Shown: positions 38,237-48,799 of the stretch, piece by piece
Layout of the letters: the number at the start of each line of letters is the position of its first letter
How positions within the stretch are numbered: the first letter of the stretch is position 1
Origin: a virus
Virus record (IMG/VR): IMGVR_UViG_3300043436_004687
Coordinates: 71,099 to 135,098 of that record
Length of the DNA: 64,000 nt
Strand: one strand, 5' to 3'
Translations under genes and position numbers: made by a program
The notes under the pieces: generated by a model
What the model saw: only the letters and a program-made list of their open reading frames with translations
Databases searched by the model: none
Told to the model about the DNA's origin: nothing

Positions 38237-38869
38237 TTAACCTCTATAATTTGTTGAAATGAATTCTTCCAATTTTTGTTGATTTTCTCTATCTAAATTA
38301 ACGAAAAATTTAAAGAATGCCGCACCTGCACCAACATCTTTATAATATCCTAAGAACTTATTTTGTAAATGTTGCCCAATATTGTTATCCCCCCAAATTT
38401 TAGTTACAAAATCATGTGGATAATTATAACCAAAATAAATTATTTTAGCCATATCTGATTTACCACTAGAACCATCTTCACTCACGTTTTTATCAAAGTG
38501 TATTTCGTCTGGTGGTGATTTTAATTGACCACCATCTTCATTTACCAAAGATTTAACTTTATTTAAACTCTCAAAGAATAAATTATCCTCATTTATTCTT
38601 TCATCACCCTTTAATTTACCTAAAGTATCTTTTGAATTATAAGCGAACAAATGTTTAATCTTATTCATTGATTCGTTCATATCCTTTTTGTTGGTAGATT
38701 CAAGCATTATTGCTCTACCCTCATTTACAGTTCCTTCCCATCTAATTTTATAACTTTCATTACCATCAGACATGATAAACGTATTTTTATCTAATTTATG
38801 ATTTTCAGGAATCAAATTCAACGCATTAGCTAAACCATTGAATTGTTTGTTAAAATTTAATTGTTTCAT
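38237..38869 (-). CDS. hypothetical protein; paralogous to a domain in the gene at 38885..40249
   Basis: The NFNKQFNGLANALNLIPE...YKIRWEGTVNEGRAIML...MNKIKHL block is shared with the adjacent gene. Confidence 0.45.
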   Translation of the reverse strand: MKQLNFNKQFNGLANALNLIPENHKLDKNTFIMSDGNESYKIRWEGTVNEGRAIMLESTNKKDMNESMNKIKHLFAYNSKDTLGKLKGDERINEDNLFFESLNKVKSLVNEDGGQLKSPPDEIHFDKNVSEDGSSGKSDMAKIIYFGYNYPHDFVTKIWGDNNIGQHLQNKFLGYYKDVGAGAAFFKFFVNLDRENQQKLEEFISTNYRG

Positions 38870-38884
38870 ATTTTTATTTATTGA

Positions 38885-40249
38885 TTAGTAACCTTGAACA
38901 CTTTTAGGTCTGTTTTTATTATTTGCTATAGTTAATCCTCTAGCTGCTTCATGGTCTGTTGAATTTTTAGTTTTAGACCAATCTTTTATTTCTTTTTGTT
39001 TAGCAGCATATTCAGCATCTAAATCTTCGTTTACATTATTTTCAATTATATTAGTAATCATTTGAGTTAATTCAACAGCTAATTTAGGGTTTTGTAATTC
39101 AGTTGAATTTATAAATTCTTGAGGAGATTTATCATATCTTAACATAGTACCTCGATAATAACTATAACTACCTTTATTATTTTCAACTTCATCAACTACC
39201 TTATAAATGCCTAATGATTTATTAGATGGGTAATAATAAAACATAAAATCACCTTTTTTAACTTGTGGAAAATGATGTTCATATTGATAGGTATTATCTT
39301 TAATTTTAACTTTCCCAAAATCATCTTTACCTTTAATTTTAAAGACAAAATTAGTATTACCAAATTTCATTTCCTGACCTTCCTTAATTATGGCCTTAGC
39401 TTTATCCCAAACCTTCGTAAAATTAGTTTCCTCAGCCAATCTTTCAGCGCTATTTAACCTACCAGAAGTATCACTTGATTTAAACCCCATAAGATGTTTA
39501 ATCTTATCCATTGATTCATTTACAAGTTTTTTGTTTTCAGCTTTAAGAACAATAGCTTGACCTTCATTTACAGTCCCTTCCCATCTAATTCTATAAGTTT
39601 CATTAATGTCAGCCATTTCAAAGACCTTTTTATCAACTTTATATGTTTCTGGAATAAGATTGATGGCATTTTCTAAACCATTGAATTCTTTTTTATAATT
39701 CAGTCTTTTAATACCCTCAAGAGCAACTTTTCTTTTATTAGCAATCTTTTTAGTATCTTTAGGTAAAACTTCAACATCATCACCAAATTGAACTATTGGG
39801 GTGATTGAATCATTTCTCTTTTTTGTAGATTTTTTTATTGTTTTAACCAAATTTTTAGCAAAATCTTTAGTTGATCCACCAAAAGTTGGTTCTGAATTAT
39901 CTTTATTACCCATTTTACTATCCCCAACTATAGCCATTTCAGCTCTTTCTTTGAATTTTTCATCTGGTTCATTATCATATCTTGTCATTTCAAGACCATT
40001 TCTAATTTCAACCTCATCGTGAATTTCTTTATCTGATTCACTATAATTATATTTTACTGGTTCAATAGCATTCTTATCTTCTTTTTTAGAAGATTTATCA
40101 TACTCACCCATTTTTTTATCAACTTCTTTGTAATAATCTTTATTGATATTATCCTCTTCTTTTTGAGTTTTCTCAGTAGAGACTAAACCTTTTGGTTTTT
40201 CTTCTGAAATTAAATTTGTTAATTTCAATTTAATTAAATCTTTATTCAT
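38885..40249 (-). CDS. hypothetical protein with a C-terminal extension; contains a duplicated domain
   Basis: The NYKKEFNGLENAINLIPE...YRIRWEGTVNEGQAIVL...MDKIKHL block is paralogous to the gene at 38237..38869. Confidence 0.45.
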   Translation of the reverse strand: MNKDLIKLKLTNLISEEKPKGLVSTEKTQKEEDNINKDYYKEVDKKMGEYDKSSKKEDKNAIEPVKYNYSESDKEIHDEVEIRNGLEMTRYDNEPDEKFKERAEMAIVGDSKMGNKDNSEPTFGGSTKDFAKNLVKTIKKSTKKRNDSITPIVQFGDDVEVLPKDTKKIANKRKVALEGIKRLNYKKEFNGLENAINLIPETYKVDKKVFEMADINETYRIRWEGTVNEGQAIVLKAENKKLVNESMDKIKHLMGFKSSDTSGRLNSAERLAEETNFTKVWDKAKAIIKEGQEMKFGNTNFVFKIKGKDDFGKVKIKDNTYQYEHHFPQVKKGDFMFYYYPSNKSLGIYKVVDEVENNKGSYSYYRGTMLRYDKSPQEFINSTELQNPKLAVELTQMITNIIENNVNEDLDAEYAAKQKEIKDWSKTKNSTDHEAARGLTIANNKNRPKSVQGY

Positions 40250-41286
40250 TATAGTTTATTTGAATTTCTTTCTATTATAGTTTTAACCTCTTCAATAGTT
40301 TTACCAGTCTTATTAGCAACTTCTAAATATAAATTTTCTTTAAGTTTAACGACATTATCAACAGCACCTTGACTACATTTACCTTCTTGAGCCTCTTTGT
40401 TGTTGTTTAATTTTGTACAATCATCGAATTCAACACCAATAAGATTATCTTCCAAGCCTTCCTTCACAACAGATTCAGTAGAAGTAGAACCAAATGCCAT
40501 TTCTTTTAACTTTGTAACTCTAGCTGAAGCATCGTATTTTTTATTTATGGCTCTAGCAATATTATTAGCTTCAACATATGCTTGTTTTTCATCACTTGCA
40601 TGCACATACATATCCATTTCTACAACAAATCTACTTAAAGATAATTTATCTAACTCGGTAATATTATTTTTAAGGATTTTACCCTTTTCAAATGCTGGTT
40701 TTTTACTAAACCTAGCATTGTTCTTATCTTTAGCTAAAAATGCTGGTTGTTCATAAGAACCACCCACAGAAGCTGTCGTTGTTTCTTCGGCTAAATCATT
40801 TTCCACCACATCTGGAGTTGGTTCATCTTTTGTTATGACTTTACCACCATTTTTCATATCATAACGTTTTTCAACCAATATATTGTAAAGTCTTTTTAAA
40901 CCACCATTTCTTAATTTAAGGAAAAACTCTTTTTTAGGGGCTAATTTTATTACAGCATCTGCACCTAAACCAGTAGCAGTAATTAAACCCATACTAGAAA
41001 ATAATGTTATAATATCACCCCAAGTAACACCCAACTTAACCCAAAATGGATCTAAACCTTTTTGAGATGGGTTAGTCATTATATGTTTTACTAATTCTTT
41101 AAAATGAGTTAAAAATTCAGCAGTTGATATTAAAGTATCCACATCCTCACTAATACCCTCATTGATTGGTTTAAAAAGTCTATTATATTGCTCCTCCGAA
41201 ATTTTAATAACTTTGTTAGGTTTTATTGCATCGTGTTTTCTCAACATTTCAACCTGAGTTTCAGTTAATTTTATTCTTTTACTCAT
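40249..41286 (-). CDS. hypothetical protein
   Basis: 345-aa ORF. Confidence 0.45.
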   Translation of the reverse strand: MSKRIKLTETQVEMLRKHDAIKPNKVIKISEEQYNRLFKPINEGISEDVDTLISTAEFLTHFKELVKHIMTNPSQKGLDPFWVKLGVTWGDIITLFSSMGLITATGLGADAVIKLAPKKEFFLKLRNGGLKRLYNILVEKRYDMKNGGKVITKDEPTPDVVENDLAEETTTASVGGSYEQPAFLAKDKNNARFSKKPAFEKGKILKNNITELDKLSLSRFVVEMDMYVHASDEKQAYVEANNIARAINKKYDASARVTKLKEMAFGSTSTESVVKEGLEDNLIGVEFDDCTKLNNNKEAQEGKCSQGAVDNVVKLKENLYLEVANKTGKTIEEVKTIIERNSNKL

Positions 41287-41323
41287 TTAAATTATTTTAT
41301 ATCTATAAATATAAAAATATAAC

Positions 41324-41350
41324 AAAAAATCCGCTATTTAGCGGATTTTA
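41324..41350 (-). terminator. rho-independent terminator (atccgcta/tagcggat)
   Basis: 8-bp stem with a TT loop, flanked by A6 and T3, downstream of the gene at 41370..42167. Confidence 0.5.
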
Positions 41351-41369
41351 AATATTACATCATATTTTA

Positions 41370-42167
41370 TTAAAAATTGAATAGAGAATAGTTAAAACCT
41401 ACTCCAAATTGTGGGGCTAATAATACGGTACTATTATTTATATTTAAACCATAACCACCATAAAAACCAAAACCAAACCTTTTTTGTTTACTTGATTTAC
41501 TAAATTTTTTTAATATTGGATTTTTATCTGGACTTATAACCATAGAATTTAAATCATTTACTTCAAATCCAGGATGGTCTGACCTAACGAACATTTCAAC
41601 CTCACCATTTTTATTTTCCCTTAAACCTTGTATTATATTAAACCCTAAATCAAATTTGGTTATTTCTGTTGATAGTGGAATTATTTCATATGTTAAATTA
41701 GAAAAATTTATTTTAAATTTACTAACGCCCTCAACTTTTCTATAATTTTTATTATTAAAAATAGTGTCATACTTCCAAGCCAAACCCCTATCACCATTAG
41801 GGTAAGTAATTAACTCACTAGGTATCTTTATAGTATCATTAGGTTTAGATTTTATTGATGCTATTAAAGATGATAATTCACTAACTTTCCCCTTCTCTTT
41901 TTTAAATTCATCATATAGTTCTTTATTTAACTTTTCCAATGTGTTTTTATCAGCAATTAAAATATTTTTAGAAAACTCCAAATCACCAACCTTATTTTTA
42001 CTTACCCTAACACTATCATTCAAAGCGCTTTGATTTTGCTTATAAATTTCTAAATCAACATTCTTATTTGAATTCAACTTATATAAAACCCCAACAATAA
42101 TTAATAATAGGATAATCACACCTATTAATATATTTCTAAATTTATTTTCATTCATATTTTTATACAT
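41370..42167 (-). CDS. hypothetical membrane-anchored protein
   Basis: N-terminal TM helix ILIGVIILLLIIVGVLY followed by a coiled-coil-like region. Confidence 0.45.
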   Translation of the reverse strand: MYKNMNENKFRNILIGVIILLLIIVGVLYKLNSNKNVDLEIYKQNQSALNDSVRVSKNKVGDLEFSKNILIADKNTLEKLNKELYDEFKKEKGKVSELSSLIASIKSKPNDTIKIPSELITYPNGDRGLAWKYDTIFNNKNYRKVEGVSKFKINFSNLTYEIIPLSTEITKFDLGFNIIQGLRENKNGEVEMFVRSDHPGFEVNDLNSMVISPDKNPILKKFSKSSKQKRFGFGFYGGYGLNINNSTVLLAPQFGVGFNYSLFNF

Positions 42168-42594
42168 TTGAATTTGAGTTAGATTTATATTCAGTAGCTA
42201 ATTTGTTTGACCACTCACTAGCCCAATTATCATAATAACCTTTTAGTTTTTGGATTCTATTTACAACATCATCCGAAACTTGCATATTATTTGAAGTGAT
42301 ATAAAGACCATCGGTTTCTTCTAAAGAAAATTGCCACTCCATATTGTCCATATCTTGAAATTTACCCCCAAACACAACATTACCAGCTTGTGGATAAATA
42401 TTAAAAGAAGTAAATTCGACTCTTGAGGTGATCACATCTCTAAATTTAGATTGTTCCTGGTTTAACTCTTCACCAGATAGTTGAATACTATCTTGCTCAT
42501 TGTTTGAATTTTCTTTTAACAACTTTTTGCCATTACTTTGAACTTCTCTAATTGTCTTTAGCATGTTCTTAGTTATTTCATATTGATTTTCCAT
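42160..42594 (-). CDS. hypothetical protein
   Basis: 144-aa ORF. Confidence 0.4.
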   Translation of the reverse strand: MENQYEITKNMLKTIREVQSNGKKLLKENSNNEQDSIQLSGEELNQEQSKFRDVITSRVEFTSFNIYPQAGNVVFGGKFQDMDNMEWQFSLEETDGLYITSNNMQVSDDVVNRIQKLKGYYDNWASEWSNKLATEYKSNSNSNV

Positions 42595-42595
42595 A

Positions 42596-43087
42596 TTAAT
42601 TTTCTATTTTTTGTTTAAATGATTCTATATCAAAGGCTGGTGAAACATCATAATAAAATTTACTATAATTACTTCTAAAAGCTATCCCCTCAAACTCATT
42701 AATATTTACAATATATGTATTATTTGAGACAACATATGGTGGGATTTTATTTTCAACACAAATCTTTTTACATAATTTAATTAAATTATTTATTTGTTTT
42801 TTTGTATATGGTTCCCAAAATTCCCTACCCCTCCATTTTTTTTTAATTACCTTACCCTTATAAATAGTTCCAATATAATTAATGTATTCATTTTTATGGT
42901 TAGAAAGAAAACCTTGATTTTCTAAAGCTATTGAAATTGATAAAGAATCATAATCACCAATCTTTATAAACTTATTGTTTTTAAAATTTTCAATCACATC
43001 ACCATTTTTTAAAATAACAAATGATGAATTAAATTCATCATTTATATTTAATAGATTACCTATTACTATTTGTTTTTTACCCCCCAT
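42596..43087 (-). CDS. hypothetical protein; weak resemblance to Amidase_2 (PGRP) endolysin domain
   Basis: SLSISIALENQGF and YTKKQINNLIKLCKKICVENKI resemble the amidase_2 central blocks. N-terminal catalytic residues are not evident. Confidence 0.25.
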   Translation of the reverse strand: MGGKKQIVIGNLLNINDEFNSSFVILKNGDVIENFKNNKFIKIGDYDSLSISIALENQGFLSNHKNEYINYIGTIYKGKVIKKKWRGREFWEPYTKKQINNLIKLCKKICVENKIPPYVVSNNTYIVNINEFEGIAFRSNYSKFYYDVSPAFDIESFKQKIEN

Positions 43088-44094
43088 TATATTTTAGTAA
43101 TACTATTATTATCTCTTTTAGGTACTCTAGTGTAACCATTTTTAGCACTTGGTATTTCAACTGAAAAACCTCTTTCACGTTCCTTTACCTTTTCAATATC
43201 AACTCTTTCTTTTTCGATGGTATTTTGTTGTGTTTGAATAACATTGGTTTTATCATTTTGAATCGTTTGTTCTTCAATTACTTCTTTCTCATCAGTTTTA
43301 GGGTATTCCTTTATTTCAGAATCTAAACTTTCATTAAATTCTTTTTTCTTTTTTTCTTTTTCAAAAACCCATGTGGTTGCAATAATAAGGGCAATTGCTA
43401 ATGGATCAAAAACAAATATTAAAAGCAATATAAAATAATTCACAACAACATCCATTGGTTTACCCGTTAATTTAGATAAATATTTTAATGGACCCACCTC
43501 ACCAGCTACTTTGGAATTTATGGTTGATTCTGATTTAATTGAATTATATTTACCGATGGAATCTATCAATTTACTATTTTCAACATTTAAAAAATCAATA
43601 TTAGAGTTAACTTCTTTAATTTCATTTCTGTTACCCCTATTTGATTTACCAGTTGAAATATCTTGGTTATTTAATTGATCAACTCTTTTATTTCTCGTCT
43701 CAATTAAAAGCTTATTAGAATTTAATTTATTTTGAAATTGATTAATCTTACTATCTAAAATATTTATTTTACTATCATATAATTCTAAATTTGAAGCTGT
43801 TTTTTGATAAGCCGAAGATAAAAACCCATAAATACCAGCAGATGTTATAGAAACTAAAATAATAACACCAACAGTCAGATAAATCCTTAATGTTTTAGAT
43901 ATGTCACCCCAATATTTATGTAGAAAACTAGCGGTTATTACTTTACTCAATTCTAAAGCAGATGCCATAATTATTACTGAAATATTCGCACCAGCAAATA
44001 ACATAGATAAACCTATAACCGAAAAAAAACCAGAGCAAATCGCTAATATAATTGATGAAAACCCCAATAAATGACCAAAATGAATTTTAAACAT
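43087..44094 (-). CDS. hypothetical membrane protein with multiple TM helices and a coiled-coil
   Basis: N-terminal hydrophobic helices, central Asn/Lys-rich coiled-coil, and a further TM segment. Confidence 0.45.
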   Translation of the reverse strand: MFKIHFGHLLGFSSIILAICSGFFSVIGLSMLFAGANISVIIMASALELSKVITASFLHKYWGDISKTLRIYLTVGVIILVSITSAGIYGFLSSAYQKTASNLELYDSKINILDSKINQFQNKLNSNKLLIETRNKRVDQLNNQDISTGKSNRGNRNEIKEVNSNIDFLNVENSKLIDSIGKYNSIKSESTINSKVAGEVGPLKYLSKLTGKPMDVVVNYFILLLIFVFDPLAIALIIATTWVFEKEKKKKEFNESLDSEIKEYPKTDEKEVIEEQTIQNDKTNVIQTQQNTIEKERVDIEKVKERERGFSVEIPSAKNGYTRVPKRDNNSITKI

Positions 44095-44096
44095 TA

Positions 44097-44927
44097 TTAA
44101 TTATTTTTAAGAAAATTATATAATTCACTAGAATTTAATCGTAATTTTTTTATAGTTGAAGCATTAATTTGTCTAACCCTCTCCTTTGAGAGATTAAACT
44201 TTTCACCAATATCTTCTAAATCCATTGTTTCTGGGTAAGAATTTAAACCATAGTACATTTCAATCATATCTCTCTCCCTAGGTTGTAATAAACTTAATGT
44301 TTTTTCCAACACTTTAGCTAATTTTGTATTATCTATTTTAGATAAATCTTCTTCAATACTACTATCTAATAAATATTCTAAAGCCTCATCATTATCTTCA
44401 CCAATAAAATTATTTATTGAAGTACAAATTGGTAGAACTAATTCTTCATATTCTTCACCGTCAATCATTTCACCATTTATTGGATATCTTTTATTGATGG
44501 ATTCAAATCTTTCAATTCTTTTTTTATTAAGCGTTTCTTTTATTATAACATTTACTGGTAATCTAATGGTCCTAGCGTTAAAATTAAGACTTTCTATTAT
44601 AGATTGTCTAATCCAATAAACTGCATATGATATAAATTTAAATCCTTTAGTGTAATCAAATTTTTTAGCAGCTTTGATTAAACCATAATTACCTTCACTA
44701 ATTAAATCACTAAATAACAAACCTTGACCTTGATAATCCTTAGCTATTGAAACTACAAATTTTAAATTAGCTGACACTAAGGCATCGACTGCTTTAGGAT
44801 CACCATTTTGTATTCTTTTTGCTAATTCAACCTCTTCTTCTGGGGTTAAAGATTTAGTTTTTTTAATTTCTTTGAAATAATTATTTATGGTATCTTCTGA
44901 ACTAATGGTTGCATAATTACTTTTCAT
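44097..44927 (-). CDS. RNA polymerase sigma-70 family factor
   Basis: Region 2 DLISEGNYGLIKAAKKFDYTKGFKFISYAVYWIRQSIIESL and region 4 HTH LSKERVRQINASTIKKLR. Confidence 0.75.
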   Translation of the reverse strand: MKSNYATISSEDTINNYFKEIKKTKSLTPEEEVELAKRIQNGDPKAVDALVSANLKFVVSIAKDYQGQGLLFSDLISEGNYGLIKAAKKFDYTKGFKFISYAVYWIRQSIIESLNFNARTIRLPVNVIIKETLNKKRIERFESINKRYPINGEMIDGEEYEELVLPICTSINNFIGEDNDEALEYLLDSSIEEDLSKIDNTKLAKVLEKTLSLLQPRERDMIEMYYGLNSYPETMDLEDIGEKFNLSKERVRQINASTIKKLRLNSSELYNFLKNN

Positions 44928-45440
44928 TTATTTGTTAATATTTCCTACTTTGTTATTGTTAAAGAGCGCATTTAATATGTTTTTTTCCTCTTCATTTATA
45001 TTTTCTAACCCCTTATCTAATATTTCATCAATAAGTTTTATTTTTTCTTCTTGTGAATAAACTATGGGTTCTTGTTTAAGTATTTTAATGTCAACATCAA
45101 TATACTTAACCTTAGTTTTAGGTTGCACTAAAATTTCAACCTTATTTTTATTTTGTTTGACACAAAACTTATCGAATAAATGCCCTTTAATCCTATCTGG
45201 TAAATTATAAATTAAATTTTTTTCTTCATTTATAAACAAAAAGAAAACTAAACCATCGTGTTCACTTAATAAATTTTCAATTTCACCTAATTCAAAAGCG
45301 GATGTAAATGTTATAAAAAAATTATTTTTTATGTAAGCATAACTTGGAGCTTCATTGGAAATTGATTTTATTTCTTCTTTGAGAATTTTGCTTAATTTTT
45401 CGTCAATAAAAGCAATCAAACAATATTTTTTTATTTGCAT
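44928..45440 (-). CDS. hypothetical protein
   Basis: 170-aa ORF. Promoter motif at 45459-45469. Confidence 0.4.
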   Translation of the reverse strand: MQIKKYCLIAFIDEKLSKILKEEIKSISNEAPSYAYIKNNFFITFTSAFELGEIENLLSEHDGLVFFLFINEEKNLIYNLPDRIKGHLFDKFCVKQNKNKVEILVQPKTKVKYIDVDIKILKQEPIVYSQEEKIKLIDEILDKGLENINEEEKNILNALFNNNKVGNINK

Positions 45441-45491
45441 AGTTAATATTTAATTAAGGCAAATATAGTAATAAGATCAATACTTTACAAC

Positions 45492-47735
45492 CTATTTGAG
45501 CATTAATTTTGAGATGTGATTTATCTTATTGATTGTTATTAAGTTATCAGCCCAATTTTTAACCTCTTCTTTGTGGGTTATAAAGAAAACAATATCAAAC
45601 ATGGCCTTTATTTTCTCAAACATAGGTTTAATCAATGGTATATTTTCTTCAGCAACCGTACCACTAATAACCTCATCAAATGTTATAAAATTAGGCATTG
45701 GTAGATGTGATAATTTACCCAAAACGCATCTTAATGCAATACTAGAAACGGTCTTCTCAAAACCACTACCAGATTTTAAAGGTTGTTCAATACCATCTTT
45801 ACTGATTAAATACTCCACTTCATTTTTTGAATTAATGATAAGCTCCAATTCAAAATCACAAACATCATCCATAAGTCTAACTAATTCTGAATTTATAATA
45901 GGTAAAACAGACCTTAAAACAAGTTTACTAATACCTTTTTTCCCCATCATTTCAATATAAACTTTAAAAATCTTCTCTAATTCTTCTTCAACTTTAATTT
46001 TTTTAAGTATTAATTCATTATTTAAAATAGATTTATCTTTATCCTCTAATAACAATTCCGTTGTAGTAATGAATCGATTAGAATCATCCCTTTCTTTTTC
46101 TTTGACTAGAATATCGGTTTTTACTAAAGAAACTTCGACATCGACATTACTATTAAATGTGATTGAATTCTTATTTTGTTCATATTTTTTTAAATCACTA
46201 TTTTTAGATTTTATTTTTTCCCTAAGTCCATTTAATTCAACTTCTAACCTTTCTTTTTTCAATTCAAAGTTATTCTTTTTATCAACTTTAACTTTGGTTT
46301 CATTTAAAACATCGATCTTACCTTTTAAATCTATAATAATTTTATTAATTTTCGACAATTCTTTGTGTTTATCATCTAATAAACCATTATTTTTTTTAAT
46401 ATCTTCTGAGTGATCTACATTATCTAAAGGTTTTGAACATGTTGGGCAGAACTCACCATTGACAAGTTGATCAACCAACTCATTTAATTTTAATATTTCA
46501 GAATCTAAAATTATTTTCTTAGAATTTTGCTCATTTAATGTTTTATTTAAATTTTGATATTCATTTTCATTATACTCTACATTACCTATAAGTTGTATTT
46601 CTTTAACTAAATCATCTATCTGTTGTTTAACAGATTTCCCAGTTATTGTTATTTTATCAACATCATCTTTTAAAGTTAGTGGATTTAACTGAGTAATAAC
46701 AACATCAATAGTGTGTTTAGAAGATAATAATTCATCTTTTTTATTATTTAAATTTACTAACTCATTATTAATTAATAATAAATTATTTTTTTCATTTTTT
46801 AATAATTCTTTATTTGTATTGATGTCTTCTTTAGCTGTTGAAATTTCTTCCAGTAAAGTTGTTTCATTATATATGTTAGTTTGTTTAGTTTTAGAAAAGG
46901 AATTATACATTTCTCTAACAGCCTTTTCTTTTAAGTCTAAAATTTCTAAACCAATAAACCTGGTTAATAACTTACCACTTTCAGTTGGTGAACTATCAAT
47001 TAAATCTTCTAGATTTTTAGCGGTTGCTAATATAGTTATGTCAAAATCTTTTTCATTACCAACTATCTTTTCTATTTCTAATGAGGTTTTTTTAGCATCC
47101 TCATCATTCATTAAGATTTCTTCACCATCTGGAAGAATTTCAAAATAGTTAACATTATTTTTTATATTAAAGCCACCCTCCCTTTTAGAACTTCTAGTCA
47201 TCTTTCTTTCGATAATAATTTCTTTATTATCGAATCCTACCATACCTCTAACACTCAATTCATTTTTATCCGAAAATAAGTTAAATATTTGCTCGTTTTT
47301 ATCTGTTTTTGTTGTTTTACCAAAAAATAAAAATTTAACAGAATCAACTGAAAATGTTGTATTATGTGAAACTATACCATTTGAATAATATTGGTGGACA
47401 TCATCTACTTGAATATCGAATAAATCATTTTTTTCAGGTAGAATTTTAATATTTTCTACTTCACTTAATCCATCTATGGTTTCTATTAAATCACCAATTT
47501 TAATTTCATTTAAATTAATGAAATCACCATTATTATTTTTTAATTTATGTAAATCAGCACCTTCAACATACATACCATTTTTTAAATCACATCTATAAAC
47601 CTCGGCATTTTTTTCAGTTATACCACACCAACTAATATTATGGTAACCATAAGGATTTTTAACTTTAAACCCCAAATCACCATACTTTTCATATATTTTA
47701 TTTAAATCACCAATTTTAATTTCTTTATTCATCAT
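45492..47735 (-). CDS. SbcC/Rad50-like ATPase (T4 gp46-like), C-terminal part, carrying an N-terminal IntC (intein C-half, about 125 aa)
   Basis: The first 125 aa end in DIQVDDVHQYYSNGIVSHN|T (intein blocks F/G and +1 Thr). They are followed by the remainder of Walker A (TTFSVDSVKFLFFGK), long coiled-coils, signature SGSGFEK, Walker B ITFDEV and H-loop FFITH. Confidence 0.7.
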   Translation of the reverse strand: MMNKEIKIGDLNKIYEKYGDLGFKVKNPYGYHNISWCGITEKNAEVYRCDLKNGMYVEGADLHKLKNNNGDFINLNEIKIGDLIETIDGLSEVENIKILPEKNDLFDIQVDDVHQYYSNGIVSHNTTFSVDSVKFLFFGKTTKTDKNEQIFNLFSDKNELSVRGMVGFDNKEIIIERKMTRSSKREGGFNIKNNVNYFEILPDGEEILMNDEDAKKTSLEIEKIVGNEKDFDITILATAKNLEDLIDSSPTESGKLLTRFIGLEILDLKEKAVREMYNSFSKTKQTNIYNETTLLEEISTAKEDINTNKELLKNEKNNLLLINNELVNLNNKKDELLSSKHTIDVVITQLNPLTLKDDVDKITITGKSVKQQIDDLVKEIQLIGNVEYNENEYQNLNKTLNEQNSKKIILDSEILKLNELVDQLVNGEFCPTCSKPLDNVDHSEDIKKNNGLLDDKHKELSKINKIIIDLKGKIDVLNETKVKVDKKNNFELKKERLEVELNGLREKIKSKNSDLKKYEQNKNSITFNSNVDVEVSLVKTDILVKEKERDDSNRFITTTELLLEDKDKSILNNELILKKIKVEEELEKIFKVYIEMMGKKGISKLVLRSVLPIINSELVRLMDDVCDFELELIINSKNEVEYLISKDGIEQPLKSGSGFEKTVSSIALRCVLGKLSHLPMPNFITFDEVISGTVAEENIPLIKPMFEKIKAMFDIVFFITHKEEVKNWADNLITINKINHISKLMLK
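47361..47735 (-). other. IntC half of an atypically split intein
   Basis: Blocks B-like (GADLHKL), F (DIQVDD.HQYY.NG) and G (IVSHN). It ends immediately before the extein Thr. Confidence 0.6.
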
Positions 47736-48741
47736 TATTTTTTAAAAAATTAATACATTTATTTAATTCTACTTCTGGATTACTTCTATATTCCGAATCC
47801 CATATTATTAAAACCTCAAAACCTTCTTTTTTAGCTAAGTTTATTTTTTTTTCATCTCTATCCCAAATCTCTTTAGCGGTTAATTTTTTATTAAATGGGT
47901 TTGGGAAACTGTCTGCATTATAAAGTTTAGGATTCCCATGAAATAAATCGCCATTATATTCAATAATTTTTTTATTTTTTAAATCAGTAAAATCATATCT
48001 AAAAAAACTTCTTTTATCTTTTATCATTAACTCACCACCCATTTCACTAAATTTAATATAATTTAAATCGCTCAAATTATAAATTTTAATTAATTCTCTA
48101 AACATTTTTTGAGATATTTCAGAACAACCTACTTTTAATTTGCCATTTCTAAATAAACTTTCTTGCCATTTAATTTGTCTTTCATTCCAAACTTTTAAAC
48201 CCTCTTCTTCCCCATACTTTTCTATGCATTTTGATAAATTAAATGTAGTTTGTCTTTCAGATTGTTTTATTTTAGCTTCTTCTTTATTAAACCCTTTTTT
48301 TAACCAAAATTCGATATTAGCACTACCCATTTTACCACAAGTACTTCTTAACTTTTCCCTACTATTCCATTTTAACAATCCTTCTTTTTCACCAAATCTA
48401 GCAATACAGCCTTTTAAAGAGCACATTTTTTGGCCGTCTGTTTGATCTTTAGCTTCCTTATCAGAATAACCTCTACTAGTCCAATATTCAATATTCGTTG
48501 GTTGTAACGTCTTAACATGTTTTATTGCCTCTTCTTCATTTAAACCTCTTTGTATCCAATATTTTATAGAATAAGCCGACCCTTTTGCAATTGAAACCCC
48601 ACTATTTTTTAATCTATTAGTAATTACCTCTGGATCAACATTAAACTTATCTGCAATAAATCTTGTTGATTTTAACTCAATTAAATATAAATTAACCATT
48701 TCATTTAATTGTTCTTCTGTAAATTTAATTTTATTCGCCAT
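47725..48741 (-). CDS. free-standing homing endonuclease-like protein located between the two halves of the split sbcC gene
   Basis: Three YW..RG..EEA DNA-binding repeats plus a C-terminal nuclease-like block EYNGDLFHGNPK...EGFEVLIIWDSE. It has its own promoter motif at 48781-48790. Confidence 0.55.
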   Translation of the reverse strand: MANKIKFTEEQLNEMVNLYLIELKSTRFIADKFNVDPEVITNRLKNSGVSIAKGSAYSIKYWIQRGLNEEEAIKHVKTLQPTNIEYWTSRGYSDKEAKDQTDGQKMCSLKGCIARFGEKEGLLKWNSREKLRSTCGKMGSANIEFWLKKGFNKEEAKIKQSERQTTFNLSKCIEKYGEEEGLKVWNERQIKWQESLFRNGKLKVGCSEISQKMFRELIKIYNLSDLNYIKFSEMGGELMIKDKRSFFRYDFTDLKNKKIIEYNGDLFHGNPKLYNADSFPNPFNKKLTAKEIWDRDEKKINLAKKEGFEVLIIWDSEYRSNPEVELNKCINFLKNNDE

Positions 48742-48799
48742 TATATCTATTTTAAAATAAATATAACCGACTAATTAAAAAGGCAAATAGATTTAAATT

